Program-made: the position numbers and the translations under genes
From: Saccostrea cucullata
Lineage: Eukaryota
Assembly: GCF_032062105.1 (NCBI RefSeq)
Contig: NW_026928121.1
Span: forward strand, 186,001 to 250,000
Direction of reading: 5' to 3'
Length of the DNA: 64,000 nucleotides
Notes under the pieces: generated by a model
What the model saw: only the letters and a program-made list of their open reading frames with translations
Told to the model about the DNA's origin: nothing
The model's database searches: none
Shown: positions 14,320-28,619 of the stretch, in pieces
Layout: each line of letters opens with the position of its first letter
How positions within the stretch are numbered: the stretch's first letter is position 1

Positions 14320-14712
14320 GGCATTTTATTTACAAATAAGATGATGGTTTCAGGATATCAACAGTCTCGTTTTAAAGTTAACATTTTGCAGATTCTATAT
14401 GATGGTCGATACAATGACTCTGTCAGCAAATACAACTTAACATGAAGACAAATTATATTGACAAATGTTTTTCAACATATAACTTTTTAAGGTCTTTATT
14501 TGCATTTACACTGAATTGTGGATTTTTTCCCATTTGCCTGATAATGACAAGGAACTCAAAGCGATTGTGACCGGTTGACAGTGAAAACTAACTCTTTCAT
14601 TTTACCTGATTCCTTTTCTTATGCTTTAAGAAGTCCATGTTTGCTCTACTTCATTTTTGTATGGTTGAATGGAATTTGAAGTCGATTCATGTTTGTTGTC
14701 TTCATGTTTCAT
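14320..14712 (+). mobile_element. Penelope-like 3' fragment (degenerate)
   Basis: Collinear with 10885-11238. Confidence 0.7.
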
Positions 14713-16057
14713 TAAATGAAAGACGCGAATTGAAACAATTCTAATAAGACGTCTAAGGTTATCCTATCATCTATTGATGTTATTTTAATTAGAGCTGAAA
14801 CTGGAACTAATGTTTCTCAGAATTAAAGTTTAATATCTTGTCTACAGATGTTCCCAATTCATTACTCTAACACTGTTATTAACGACTTTTCAAGTGTTTT
14901 AAATTAAGATATAATTTTCAGTGTCATATACATGTATTTTAGTTTGTTTGTTTTCTGTTTTTAAATTAAGTATGTTCAATTTGTTGAATGATTACATTTC
15001 TTAACATTTTGAATTAAGCTGTCAACTTAAGACAATGATAGGGGCTACCTAACTATAAATAATTTTTAAAACAATCTTATATCTTTATACTAAAAAGCCC
15101 ACAATGCTAGCAAGTCTGCCATTTAGCTCAAGTATCTCGGCCTGTTGAAGTTAAATGTCGCCTTATTCATTTTAAATATTTCTGGCCAAAATAACCTACC
15201 ATCCAACAATATACTCTGTCATCTTTTAAAACAAGCGTTCATTTAAATGTAGACACTTCCGGTGAGATCAAAGGAGTCCAATTCGGTCAATTGCAACCCT
15301 TTAATTTTCTAGCAAAATGGTACAAAATATTTTAATACCAACTTAGATGTCTACATCCTGAAGGAAACGGTGTTTAAAATGATCACCATTTATGCCTATT
15401 TGTATCATAAGTGCTGCTAAGTACCAAGGGAATAAAGGAAACTGCAAATACATCCAAGGATAAAAAATGATGCCAGTGTTTAGCTTCTAGGTAAAGTCTG
15501 TCGATTGTTTCTATTCTACTGAGAATCAAATTCAATTTAAGAGTGTATCAAAGGTATTATAAATGTCACTCAATGATGGTACATCATCTGTAAATAGAAA
15601 CTCATTCAGGCGATATGTACAAAGGTCAAGATCGTTTTTTTATTTCATACATAAGTTCACAATGTAATTAAACACAGTCTTATGTCGACATTACTGGCAT
15701 TTAGCAGCATGAAATAACCCACTGACCTGAAAACAAAATAATAACGGCAAGTTTAGCCTCTTACTTTAAAAAAGAAGTTTTTATACGATGTATTGGATAT
15801 CTTTGCTGCAACCACACCATGAAAACACACACGCATGCATTAAAAACAGTTTTTCCATCATTTGTAATGTCTTCCATTCAGTATAGAAAAAACTTGAAAA
15901 GATTTTTTTAGTTCGTAAAAAAAACTTCTTTTCTCAGAGTTATATATCCTATTATGCTTGATGACAGAAACACTGGTTATTTTTACAAAGAATAAAGTCA
16001 AATTAAAAATTATGACAGAAAGCATTTTATTATACAAAAACTTCATACATGAAATAT

Positions 16058-16670
16058 GTAGAAAGAAAGAACAGAATTCACGCTCAAAAGTCGATTAAAC
16101 ATTGCAAAATAGGAGCAAAGCAACACGGACCTCTAAAACATCAGGGGTGGGATCAGGTACCATGGAGGAGTGAGTGTACCCTTCTGACCGGTCACTACCG
16201 CCTTGTGCTCCTTGTCGTGATAGGAAAATTACAGAAAATCCGTCGACAATTCAGTGTGTAAGTAATGGCCTTACAGTAAGTATGAAAAACGTCATTCTGC
16301 ACTTGGCTTAATGATCATAGATTGTGTTTGCTGACAAGGTCATTATATCGACCATAGAACATACGAATTGATGACTTTAAACGAGACTGCTGATATCCTT
16401 ATTTTTCTATCAATTTGTTCTCCAATAACTTTCCTCATTTAAAAAATTGTTCATACATAGAGTATATTCTTATCCATCGAATCAGCTGAGATATATAAAC
16501 TCATCATGCAGGTAAAACAGTAGGGGCATATTGTTGCATAAAGGAAGTTGACGATTGAAAAGATAAAATCATCACATTTATCATAAACTTTTGATGGTAG
16601 ATTTTACCATTAATGTGATTTATCCAAATATGAAACAGATGTTTCAATTTATCAGCCAGGGTGTGCATCT
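16058..16670 (-). mobile_element. Penelope-like RT end and 3' fragment
   Basis: Reverse-complement match to 29780-30395. Confidence 0.8.
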
Positions 16671-17304
16671 AAAAAAAATTACAAAGTGCAAGCAAAAACA
16701 TCCTTTGGAAAAGCTTTAAAAAATTACCATAGTAAATACATAAGTACAATTATTTTACGAATTGTTGTTTTTTTAGACTGCTTTAGCTATATACTATGAT
16801 AAATATTATACAATATTTTCATGATTGATTCGTAGTTTATCACATACATTTTAAATGATTTTTCGAACAAAAGTTTGTATCTTAAAATCTCTGAAAACGT
16901 AACCAATTTGATATTAAATTGCCTGTAACTACATGCGTATGAGTGAAAATAGAACAAAATTAACATGATAATAATTATATAGATATTGGAAGTACCAAGA
17001 TAATAAATAAAATTCTGCATTTGTTTTTGCTTTTGATTACCCCTTTTCACAAACAATTGTCTAAAAGGACTCCTGGAGTGGAAAGAAAATTACAAGCAAA
17101 CCACTGTTAACTTTTAAAACATGAAAATCCTATTTTGTGTCTTGCAGGTTGCTTTTGGGTGGGGTCTTGTTTTTGGGATAATTTTTCTAATCCTTTAATT
17201 TGCCAGTGTTCGACCATTCAGTGACAAAAACATAGGTAATGGTGGATGGAGGGAGGGGATCAGATGAAGCCAAAGGAAAATGTACAAGTACATCAAAAAC
17301 TATT

Positions 17305-17432
17305 CGAGGGATGCTCACTCCTTCATGGCACCTTATCCCACCTCTGATGTTTCGGAGGTCCGTGTTTGCTGTGCTCCTTTTTTTGTATTTTTTGTGGACT
17401 TTTGAACTTGAATACTGTTTGTTATCTCCATA
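17305..17432 (+). mobile_element. Penelope-like extreme 3' fragment
   Basis: GGGATGCTCACTCCTTCATGGCACCTTATCCCACCTCTGATG. Confidence 0.75.
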
Positions 17433-20194
17433 TACTAGTATTTCATTTCCGAAGAAAAAATGGGTTGGTTTAATTTCTTATCTCTTACGCCTCCTTTCGT
17501 GTAGTACGGCTTGTTGTATATTTTTAACATCTTTTAATACCTGTATAAGCCGCTGCGTGGTTGCCATTTCATCGCTCAATTATCTTCAACCTGTAGACTA
17601 ACAATATCAAGTGCTTTCGCATACAACCTGTAATTTGGTTAACAATGTTTATCCGTTGACATTTGGAAAGCCTTTCTTCTGTGTATTAACGTGAAGCAGG
17701 CGGAATATTGCATGTATTAAGTGGTGTGTGATGGGGGAAGCACTTTAACGAAGCTGAGAAATGTCAGAGGCATATTTTGTTAATCGGGGTTTATATTGTA
17801 CCACATGGCTCCTGTTTTATGCACGTGTGGAGGAATTAACCATGAAATTATGTCTGTCAGTGTGTTCCATTTCAGTGGTTATCTAAAATAAATCATTGCA
17901 GTTAAAAAAAAAATCAGAACAAAATGAATTTCAAAGTACATGCATTTTCCTACAATCAGTTACTCGTCTTATGAAAAATCTTATGTTCTTCACAATGAAA
18001 AGCTTTTGACACCAACCGTGGAAATTCGTGTTCTATAAAGATATAAGTGGTTCTAAAAGTTAATCAAAATAGCTTTCTAAATGTGACACTTGTAAGAAAT
18101 TAGCATATAAGAAAAAAAAATTAAAGGTACGTCTAGTTCAGAATATTTTCAAATCAAAATCATTTCAAATTGTTTGATTTACATTTTTGACCTAGTTCTT
18201 TTTTCCCTGTTTAATTTGTTTATTAGCTGCTGATGAATTGGATTTAGAAAAGAATATTAATTAAAGAAGGTTCCAAGATAGTCAGATTCCTTACTACAAG
18301 ACATCCGATAAGAGCAAGAAATAATTTGATCAAAAATGCGTTTCATCTCAAATTTAATTATTGCATGTTTGTAAGTGTATCCTTTGTGACCCGACTTTGG
18401 AAAATACTTTCTACTATTCTACAAAAATAGAATTTTGTCTCGGGAAATCCACAGAAAGTTGCCCCAAGTCTGACTCCCAATTAGTCTCGTTACAAAGAAA
18501 GAACGAGTTTTTCAGAAGCCTGTTAATCATGAAAATCGGTATATACGGAAGCAAGGCACGTGTATATAAAAAATAACTTCTTAGGAAAAGAACGGTCGTA
18601 CGAACGTAATCCGATCCATTCCACGATGGAAGCAGTTTAATCCAATTACTCGTGTAGGAAAGCCTCGGCTGAGTATTTTACAATTATCGCGATCGAATTA
18701 CCCGCCGGAACGTTACAAATATAGAATTTTGTCTCTTTTTGCCATCTCATAAGAATTCTGTGCAAGTTCTTTCTCTTGGATCTTTGTTGATAGAGGGGGC
18801 CTTAGGGGCCACTTAAGTTCTTGTAGAACATGGTAGCTTTGACGTCATAATGGGAATATGATTGTTACCGAGTCAATATTTGGAGAGTTATGCAAAATTG
18901 TTTATCGATGACCCATAACAAATACGATGTAAATTGTATGGGTATTTTAATTGGCCAACACCATCTGTTTTTACTATTTTCAATAGACCGAAGATATTCT
19001 GATTGTGTGCTCTAAATTTTTGCCGTTCAACTACCTGGAGGTCTTTAAGTTAAATTTATATGGGGAACTTAATGCTATTAATAATAAATTGTTATTATTA
19101 CATTTAAATCTGTGTTGTTGTCGTAGTATTTTTTTTTATTTCTGGTCAGAATCAGCTTTGTTTCCAAGAACAGGATTGAAATCAATGTTTAGGTGCTTCT
19201 TGAACAGAATCTAATGCAAAGTCTTACAAAAAAGCTTAAGTTATATCAAATAAATTCGATTCACTTTATTGACAATTACCCTTTCGGCATACAGTCATGA
19301 ACTTAAATAACATAAATACAAATTAAAAAAAACATTAAAAAAAACAAAATAATGCAGAGTAAATTCACATGTTTTAGGATTGACAATCTTTCTGATTGAA
19401 TTATTACTAGAATAGGTATTTACATGAAATAAATCACCATGCTTGCATCTATATCAAGTAGAAATTAAATACATGTAGAAATAAGATTAATATACTGTAT
19501 ATATATTTAAGCATGCACATGGTCATGAGAACCAAAAAGTAAGGATCCCTTACTATGCTGTTCTGACAAAACATTTTATTTAAAAAATGGACATCTTTTA
19601 TTCAACTGTCACTTTTAATGATAAAAAAACTTAATTTCATGAAACCAAGGAATATTGCATTTGAGGAAACCATCGACGAAATTATGCCACTATAGCAAGG
19701 CAAACAAGTGGGAGAAATACTAAAATTCTATATTTCAGCAAATCAAGTAGCAAAAAAAAAAAAGAGAAAACCTTACGATTAAAGGAGACATTGTATGGGA
19801 GATTTGTCAAGCAGAGTTGTTTTATGGAGTGGACATTTGTCAGTACCGCTTATTAGGGAAAATATTAAGATTTTACATTAAACGTTAACCATAACTGTAA
19901 TAAGGACGCTTCTCTTTTATATAGAAAGAAATGATAATCATGATTGTAATTGTATTTTCATTTTGAAATAAATGACATGTACATAGAGTTCATTACATTC
20001 ATTTATAGTACTGCATTCAACGGTTCACTATTTCTTTTCGTGTTTTTCGCGTAGGATTCAATGTACATTCAAGAAAGTAAAGAAGTACAAAAAAAAGTAC
20101 AGAAGTACAAAAAAACAACAACAAACAAACAAACAAACAAAAAAACAAACATATTTATTTAAAGTCGGGCACATCAAATATAATACATGTATAG

Positions 20195-20472
20195 ATGGTC
20201 GATACAATGACGTTGCATTTGTCATCAGTGACAACCTCTCACTGAATCAAATTTTTCATACTTATTGTTAGTCCATTATTTATACACTGAATTATCGACG
20301 GATTATTCCGTTATTTTCCGATCATGACAAGGAGCATACTACTGCAGTGACCAGTCGGCAGGTTGGCAAGAGATGTTCACCTCGTCATGACACCTGATCC
20401 CACTTCTGATGTTTTGGTGGTCCATGTTTGCTCTGGTCCCTATTTGCATTGTTCAAATGGTCTTTTAGCTTG
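20195..20472 (+). mobile_element. Penelope-like 3' fragment
   Basis: Shared 3' module. Confidence 0.72.
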
Positions 20473-22515
20473 TTAGTTTTAGTTAGTTATAATTGTTAGT
20501 TTTCTCCATATTTCATTTTTTTTTTCTCAGATTAATTTTAAAGACTCGGGAAGTAAAACAATAAGTATTTATTACAGCATTCATTGGAGGATTTATTGAT
20601 TTGTTGTGTTGTTTAAATCCCATTAACACACATAGAAGTAATCCGTAAGATTTGCCATATCGAGTCACAAGTATGCATGAAAGAACATTCTGACATATCA
20701 AATATCGTAAGTCAAGATTAACCCTTTTCAGATAACCTGCCTTGTAAACTTTTTTTGGCCTAGTTTGCAAACAATTACAATCTAAGAGGCTGTTGCGTAA
20801 TTGTGTAACATCTGCTGTGGATATAAACATGCAATTTCCACTTCTGTCATGTTTGCCAAGAACATTTGAAGATAAAAATAAACTTCAATTTCGAATTCAA
20901 CTCAGATGTGACCATTTCATTTTATGTTGATTATTTCCTTGAAACTTAAAGTAACATACAGACAATGAAGTTTGAAATCTATTTTTTATTATGTTTCTTT
21001 TATTTTATCTATTTTCTTTTATGTATACTCTCCTGGACAGGGTACAATTAACATATGAATTACTAGTAAATGTTTATTTGCTGCAAACTCCATAATTTCG
21101 ATTCAAAATTTTGTACAGAAAATCGAAAATTCTTCCATGTTTGTTAAATCATTATTTTTATCATTTTTCAAAAATTAAGAAACCTGACACAGGTGACATA
21201 AAATTCTTAGATTATTAATAAATGCATACATATAAATGCAGTTAGTCCAAACTGTACATACTGCATATATAGATCGGACATTAGATATATAGTGGCATTG
21301 ATTTCTTGCCAATATACATTATTGTAATTATAACCAGTTCTCATAGCACCCATGAGAGGCTGCTAGATTCATTAACAGTTTGAAATATATATGATGAGAG
21401 TACATTTATGTTGCCTCAAAGGTGTATGCAGAGATAGGTTCTGTTACAATTTTCGCTTGAGTTTTTGTTTAGTAAGAAAATATAGACAAAAACTATTCTT
21501 AGCAAATGTAAATTGCTAGCCAAGAAATAGTAAAATATAGGTAAAGATCTGACCTCGCGGCTCATGGATTGATATCCCCCTGCTAGTGTTGTACACTATA
21601 CCTGTAGCACCGTATGTCGTCACACCTGAATACGATAAATATCAGTGTCGAGGACGTGTTCATTCAGACTGTTTTTTTCCTGATGAATGATTAATTTCGA
21701 TACATTTCTCCCGAGAGCTTTCTTGCGATATTGGTGCAGGTTAATAGAACTTCGAATTCGCCTTCGTTTTGGTTAATAAATCGATGAGTTGTGCGAACTT
21801 GTTTCTGAAACTTGTTTAATTATGGACAAGTTGCATTGAAAACAAAAGGCAAGATTAAAATATAAGTATGATCTGTATGTATTTCTGAAGGTTTTTTTAA
21901 TTTATTTTTTATTGCTTTAAATTTTACTTAAGGTGGTAGTCTTTCCAATCGTTCCATCTCTAAGTAATCACAAGAATGTTATATGCACAAGCAAAACCAT
22001 AGACCATAAAAATAAAAAAAGTAACATTTGTAGTACTTATAATTAAGCCTTTTCAGTGTTAATTCAGCAGACCTAACAAAGAAGGTCGCCTTTACGATGA
22101 ATTTCTCTTGTACGAGATAGCAAAGCCATACATTATTCTAGCAGTACATTTTGTTGGCAGAGGTGGATGCCAAGGCAAATTCTTTTACATTTTTATTGCT
22201 GTTTATCTCAGAATCGGAGTGTACTTACACATTTCCCTTTATCAATCTGATTTAACATTCATCATACACTTTGTTTGATGGAATTAAACGCAGACCCTTT
22301 TGTTTGTGCCTGGCGAACTCGCTTCATGGAATCAATCTGTTCTTTGTAAAAGTACATAATGTTTTCCACAGATTGTTTTCGCGAAATTTGGCTAGCGGAA
22401 CTTATAAGCATTTTCTCTTTTCAATCGAAAAATGGCTATGTATAACCAAACTTCTAATGACAATAAATGACAAATAATGATAATACAATAAAAATGTTTT
22501 TTCTGTTGTTTTCAG

Positions 22516-22678
22516 TTATGGTGATATGGTGCCAAAGACAATTGCCGGAAAAATAGTTGGTGGTTTGTGTTCCTTGAGCGGTGTTTTAGTCATTGCACTT
22601 CCTGTTCCTGTCATAGTGTCCAACTTCAGCAGAATTTATCACCAAAACCAAAGAGCTGACAAACGAAAGGCACAAAAG
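22516..22678 (+). CDS. Shal: Shal/Kv4 K+ channel exon: selectivity filter end and S6
   Basis: ttttcag|T TAT GGT GAT ... CAA AAG|gtatga; translates (G)[54 protein letters not shown], the Kv4-type GYGD, PVP and post-S6 sequence. Not in the ORF track. Confidence 0.98.
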
Positions 22679-23971
22679 GTATGAATTTCCAAAGAACAAA
22701 TGAATACAGTTTTCAAGTGAGGGGATAAAAATTACTTAGTAACAAAAGACAAAGGTGTGTCTGAAATTATTTAAAATTAGATTAATACATATTTCTGCTA
22801 TAGGATTGGTGTACAAAGCACTTTCTTTAAAATCAATAGACTACATTCAGTGTCAATATTCCGAACTATATGTTTTTCTCAACAATAATATTGAATTGTT
22901 GATATGTACTTATTAGTTTTGAAGAACGTAATGTTGAGCTGATATTATACTGAAAAATTATCTAAACGGATTTTTTAGTAAAAAGTTTGGATTAAATCAT
23001 GTAATGCACCACAATTCTGTTATGTTTCTATATAAAGAAAATGCTGTTAGTTATGCTTTTAATAAGCAGATAACTTTCGCGATAATAATGAAAATTGCTA
23101 GGTTGCTTGTATATAAATTAAGCTCTGGGCGAGTATTTCTATTTTTAAAATGAAATAATTAAATAAATATGATGGTGCTCTGTAATTGTATGCGAATCAA
23201 TAATTTAATTTTTACCAGATACTCGAAACAGCAATAATTAGCACGAAAACTAGTGGGTCAATATGGCAATATCGTGTCTCTGACTCGATACACATGTAAG
23301 ACTTATCCGAGTAAGAGAATGAATATTTCATGGTCTTGAAAGACACAGCAGCAAGGTTAACTTAGCCAGTCCAATACTAATACCTGATGCTTTTTTAAAA
23401 AACCTTATTAGAAAAATCATTCACTTGTTACTTCACAGCTTTTCTCTCTAACCATATAATTTTTTTCGGCAGGCATGGTCACCACTGTTGTTAAATTTTG
23501 TCTCTTATTACAAGTAGACACCAGAAACACACATCTAAAAAGGGGAGTTCTATGTGTTTTAGTTTCCATAACAGCTATAAATGTTTTTAAAAGTGAGGTT
23601 TTCAGCTACCTTGAATCTTTACTGAAATTATATAAATTAAGACGAAGAAAACCAAACAAAATGTTCTCATAAAACATTATACATTTTTACCACTTTTTTA
23701 CATCGACAACAGTAAAAAAACTGATTTATTTTTAAACAAAGGTAATATTCTTTCACAATTAATGTAAAAGATTAGGGTGTCAAAGTAAGTAAAATCTAAT
23801 TTCTGGCCCTTTACAAGATACATATAGGTAGTTACTAAACCTTCTTGACTGAGATAAAATCTACCAATTGCTTCCGAAATATGTAGGTAAGATCCGTTTT
23901 ACAATGTTTTTAATATCACAAAATGCCATGCTATGAGTTTTGATCGCTCAACTATGAGGTCCCAGTGCAAT

Positions 23972-24160
23972 ACATGGATATAACGAACAGTATTCAAGCT
24001 CAAAAGTCCATAAAACAATACAAAATAGGACCTGAGCAAACACGGACCTCCAAAACATCAGAGGTGGGATCAGGTGCAACGGAGGTGTGAGCAACCCCTT
24101 CCAACCGGTCACACCTGTCGTGTGCTCCTTTTCATGATCGGGAAATAACGGAAAATCTAC
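23972..24160 (-). mobile_element. Penelope-like extreme 3' fragment
   Basis: Well-preserved reverse-complement copy of the 3' module. Confidence 0.8.
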
Positions 24161-25009
24161 AACACTGCCTTAAAAAGCGACATGCAGAGGCAAAGAGAGA
24201 TAAAAGAAAATGTAATTGTGTAATAAACAGGAAATTCTATTTTTTTGGTAGTATTTTAGAATATTTTTCATTCGTAAGACAACATTGAATTGCTATTATT
24301 ATTGCCACCCATACGTCGCACTCAAAAAATATTCGAAGACTCCTTTCCCTATCGTAAAATAAATTCCATATCCAACAACAAAACATTCAAACCCTCTATT
24401 TATGATCTAAAGAAACTAGGAAGAAAATGTCTATAGGTAAGTGGTAACTACGGTAACTGTAGGAATACATTTTTAATGCTAAAGAATGCCCAGTATTCAA
24501 ATATGATAAGTACATGTATAACGTACATTATCGAACTCAATCAATAACTCACAAAAATAAATAGAATAATACGAAATACGAAATATTTCACCTTAAGTTA
24601 AAAGTTTATTCATTTTTTTCTAAAAAAAATTAGTTATGGTTGTCATGGCCGCAAATATGTGCTAGATTCTGTTTATTTTTGCTCTCGTAGTGGAAAGCAT
24701 GGAAAATTCAAAACTGGCAAATTAACATTGTCAGAACTTTGTTACACGGATACAAATGTACATATAGCTTAGAAAAAAATTAGGATTAATTGCAACATTG
24801 TAGTGTAACTATAGAAACAAAGTTCCACTGTATGGTTTAAAGTTATAAGGTTTGTTGAAAAAATAACAGTTTCTAACTTTATATAGTTACCAAGCATAAT
24901 TTTTGTTTTGGATTTTGTTTTAACTTTATAACAATAAATATTATACCCTAGGTAACCTAAATGGTAGCTTTTTGCATTCTGTCAGAGATTGGTGGTGAAA
25001 ATTGAAAAT

Positions 25010-25190
25010 CATTTCCCGATAATAACAAAGAGCACACGGCGGGTGCGGCTGGTCCAAAGGGGTTGCTCAATCCTCCATGGCACCTGATTACATCTCTGTA
25101 TTTTAGTGGTTCATGTTTGCTCTGCTCCTATTTTGTATTGTTTTATGGACTTTTGATTTTGAATACTATTCGCTTTCTCCATTTTTCATT
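25010..25190 (+). mobile_element. Penelope-like extreme 3' fragment
   Basis: Shared 3' module. Confidence 0.75.
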
Positions 25191-25989
25191 AGTTCTTTGA
25201 AAATATCAGTTCTGAAAATTTTGAGACAATGCTCCATTTTCCAAAACAAAGTTGAATTACATTTCTACGCCGGAATATATGACACGTTATTTTTTCTTTC
25301 ATTTCATTATATTTTCAACCTATTATGGAATTTTTTGTTTGTTTTGTAGTAACAATACATTAATGACATCAAGCCTTTATTCTTGAATGTCGTCCTTGAC
25401 ATTATATTAAAAATGTATTTTTTTTCCTAAAAGCTTGGATATGATACCATTATCGTTTACTGATTTTATCTGGATTAAAATAAGTACATGGCTATCTAGT
25501 CGTATACTTATTTCAGTTTTCAAATCAAAATCAGGAAAGGATGCATTGGCTTCAATAAAACACATATACGTTTAAATTTTCTTTTACAAATCCCATTTAA
25601 CAAATCTAAGAACAGTTTTGACCTCAAGTTGGAAATAAAATGTTTGGAAACAGATGCTAGAAAATGAAAATCAAGCTCTGAAGTACATAGTTAATAGTTT
25701 CTTGTTTAATAATCTACTCATTTAGTGTTCCAATGAAAAGCATAAATGAAAATACTCTAGAAGTATTCTTTCTACTAGATAGATCAACAGGAAAGGATGC
25801 ATTGGTTTTAATAACACACATATATGGCAACCAGTTTCTTTGTACTTGGAGTTAATGGTATCTTGTCATTGTAGAGAATGGGAAAATTTTAAGACTATGA
25901 GCCATAGTTCTTTTTTATGAAAGATTTTAATTCTTGACGACTTTTAATTGTCAAGAAGTAAATACTACATAATTTATCATCATAACATT

Positions 25990-26540
25990 ATAAAGGAACT
26001 ACGAGGGAAGCCTTTGACAAAGAAGTTGGTGAAACAGAATATCACCAGTCTCGTATAAAGCCATCGTTTGGCATGTTCTATGGTTTATATATGGTCATTA
26101 AGTTGAATGCTGACCGATATTTCATACAAATTGTTAGGTTATTATTTAAACACTGAGTTGTCTACGAGTTTTTCTGTTACTGTAAACGTATTACATTTTG
26201 CTGTGTATTCTTTTTAGCGTTTTTTGGCGGAAATAAATTTCCGCTAATTCAAGTACAATGCTAAATGTCTTTCATTTATATACATAATAGAAATCATTAG
26301 GAACTGCGCTAATTCAAATCTACGCTAATGTGTTCAAAAGTCAATTTCCGCCAAATAGTGTACACGCTAAATATAATATATTTACAGTATTTCCCAATCA
26401 CGATAAGAAGCGCACAGCAGGTTTGACGGATTTACACTTATTCCTCATGGACAATTGATACCACTTTTTAAAAATGAAAGTCCATGTTTGTCCACGTCTG
26501 ATTTGTATTGTTTAAAAGAATTTTTGAGCTTGATAAATGT
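25990..26540 (+). mobile_element. Penelope-like 3' fragment interrupted by a MITE
   Basis: AAGTTGGTGAAACAGAATATCACCAGTCTCG through the 3' module. Confidence 0.7.
26180..26387. mobile_element. TA-site MITE inserted in a Penelope-like fragment
   Basis: TA|CTGTAAA...TTTACAG|TA; internal CGCTAA/TTAGCG motifs; retroelement sequence resumes on both sides. Confidence 0.8.
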
Positions 26541-27318
26541 TCGTTTTCATCATTTTCATATGTTGGATTATATCATGATATTGATTAGCATAATCTAAAA
26601 CATAACAATCACAACAATTAGACATCATACCATGAAACAAACTACTAGTATTGTAATTATATGCAACAGTTCCTTAATATTCTAAATCTAATTTTTTTTA
26701 GTTTATGATTTGCAATGATTTTCCCTTTGCTGTGTGTCAGCAATTGATCAATTTGAATTCAAAAGTGCATTTCAGCCGATCTGTCTAGTAGAAAAAATAC
26801 TTCCAGAGTAATTTAAATCCTGCTTTTCAGAAGGACACCGAATGAGTAGATCATAAAACAAGAAAATAGTAACTAGGTACTTAAGAGCTTGACTTTCATT
26901 TTCAAGCATTTTATTTCATTTGATGTCAAAGCTGTTCTTAGATTTGTTAAATGGGCTTTGTAAAAGAGAATTCAAGCGTTCCCTTTATGTAAATATTTTC
27001 CCTCAACAGATATCTGTAAAGAGATCAGAAAAAATATTCTAAGTGGAAAAGGGAAAAATAACTCTTATTTAATCACAATTTTCAAGTTAATTGCATTCTA
27101 ATACGGTACCTTGACAGTTGTTGAAACTATCATTCGTTGATATGATTAATTATTCTGAATAGACTTAATTTTTGGGCAAAAGTTCTCGAAGTTTATTTTA
27201 TAAAGATATATGAGTTTCTGATTTACAATGATTTTGTAGCAAATGAAGATCGTGTTTTCAAACAATCTGTCAAAAAATTTCCTAGCGTAAGATTTGAGCC
27301 CTTTTATGAGCAGACATA

Positions 27319-27321
<3 letters not shown>

Positions 27322-27357
<36 letters not shown>

Positions 27358-27420
27358 GTGATCAAAATTTGTCCGTTGTCTGTCGTTGTTGTTGTCGTTG
27401 TTGTCGTTGTCGTTGTCGTT

Positions 27421-27496
<76 letters not shown>

Positions 27497-27497
27497 T

Positions 27498-27541
<44 letters not shown>

Positions 27542-28091
27542 TGCCCTTTTCTAAGGGGAGATAATTATGAATTTGTTAAAAATTAATGGCAATTTTAAAA
27601 AAAATCTTCTTCTCCAGAACCGCTGGGCCAGGAAAGATGAAACTCATGTGAAAGCATCCTCAGGTAGTGTAGATTCAAATTTGTTCAAATGATGACCCCC
27701 GGGGCAAGGGTGGGGCCAAAATGGCCGACCCAAGTTTTACATAGGAATGTATAGGAAAAATCTTTAAAAATCTTCTTCTCAAGAACCACTGGACCAGGAA
27801 AGATGAAACTCATGTGGAATCATCCTCAGGTAGTGTAGATTCAAATTTGTTCAAATCATGACCCCCGGGGCAAGGCTGGGGCTAAAATGGCCGACCAAAG
27901 TTTTACATAGGCATATATTGGAAAAATCTTTAAAAATCTCCTTCTCAAGAACCACTGGGCCAGGAAAGATGAAACTCATGTGATATCATCCTCAGGTAGT
28001 GCAGATTCAAATTTGTTCAAATGATGACCCCCGGGACAAGGGTGGGGCCAAAATGGCCGACCCAAGTTTTACATTATATATCGGAAAATTC

Positions 28092-28125
<34 letters not shown>

Positions 28126-28585
28126 GGAAAGATGAAACTCTTGTGGAATCATCCTCAGGTAGTGTAGATTCAAATTTGTTCAAATGATGACCCCCGGGGC
28201 AAGGGTGGGGCCAAATGGCCGACCCAAGTTTTACATAGGAATATATAGGAAAAATCTTTAAAAATCTTTTTCTCCAGAACCACTGGGCCAGGAAAGATAA
28301 AACTCATGTGGAATCAGCTTCAGGTAGTGTAGATTCAAATTTGTTCAAATGATGACCCCCGGGGCAAGGATGGAGCCAAAATGGCCTACCCAAGTTTTAC
28401 ATAGGAATATATGAGAAAAATCTTTAAAAATCTTCTTCTCAAGAACCACTAGGCCAGGAAAGATGAAACTCATGTGGAATCATCCTCAGGTAATGTAGAT
28501 TCAAGTTTGTTCAAATCATGACCCCCGGGGCAAAGGTGGGGCCAAAATGGCTGACCCAAGTTTTACATTATATATAGGAAAATTC

Positions 28586-28619
<34 letters not shown>

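Noticed and set aside
4842-18847. Four perfect CRE sites (4842, 6254, 12852, 18840) as evidence of cAMP control of Shal
   Set aside because: TGACGTCA also occurs in exons and in a MITE elsewhere in the window, so the enrichment is not intron-specific.
1-22515. Nested genes or duplicated pore exons in the Shal intron
   Set aside because: The short ORFs here are low-complexity or fall in repeats; no second GYGD/S6 exon or coherent exon chain was seen.
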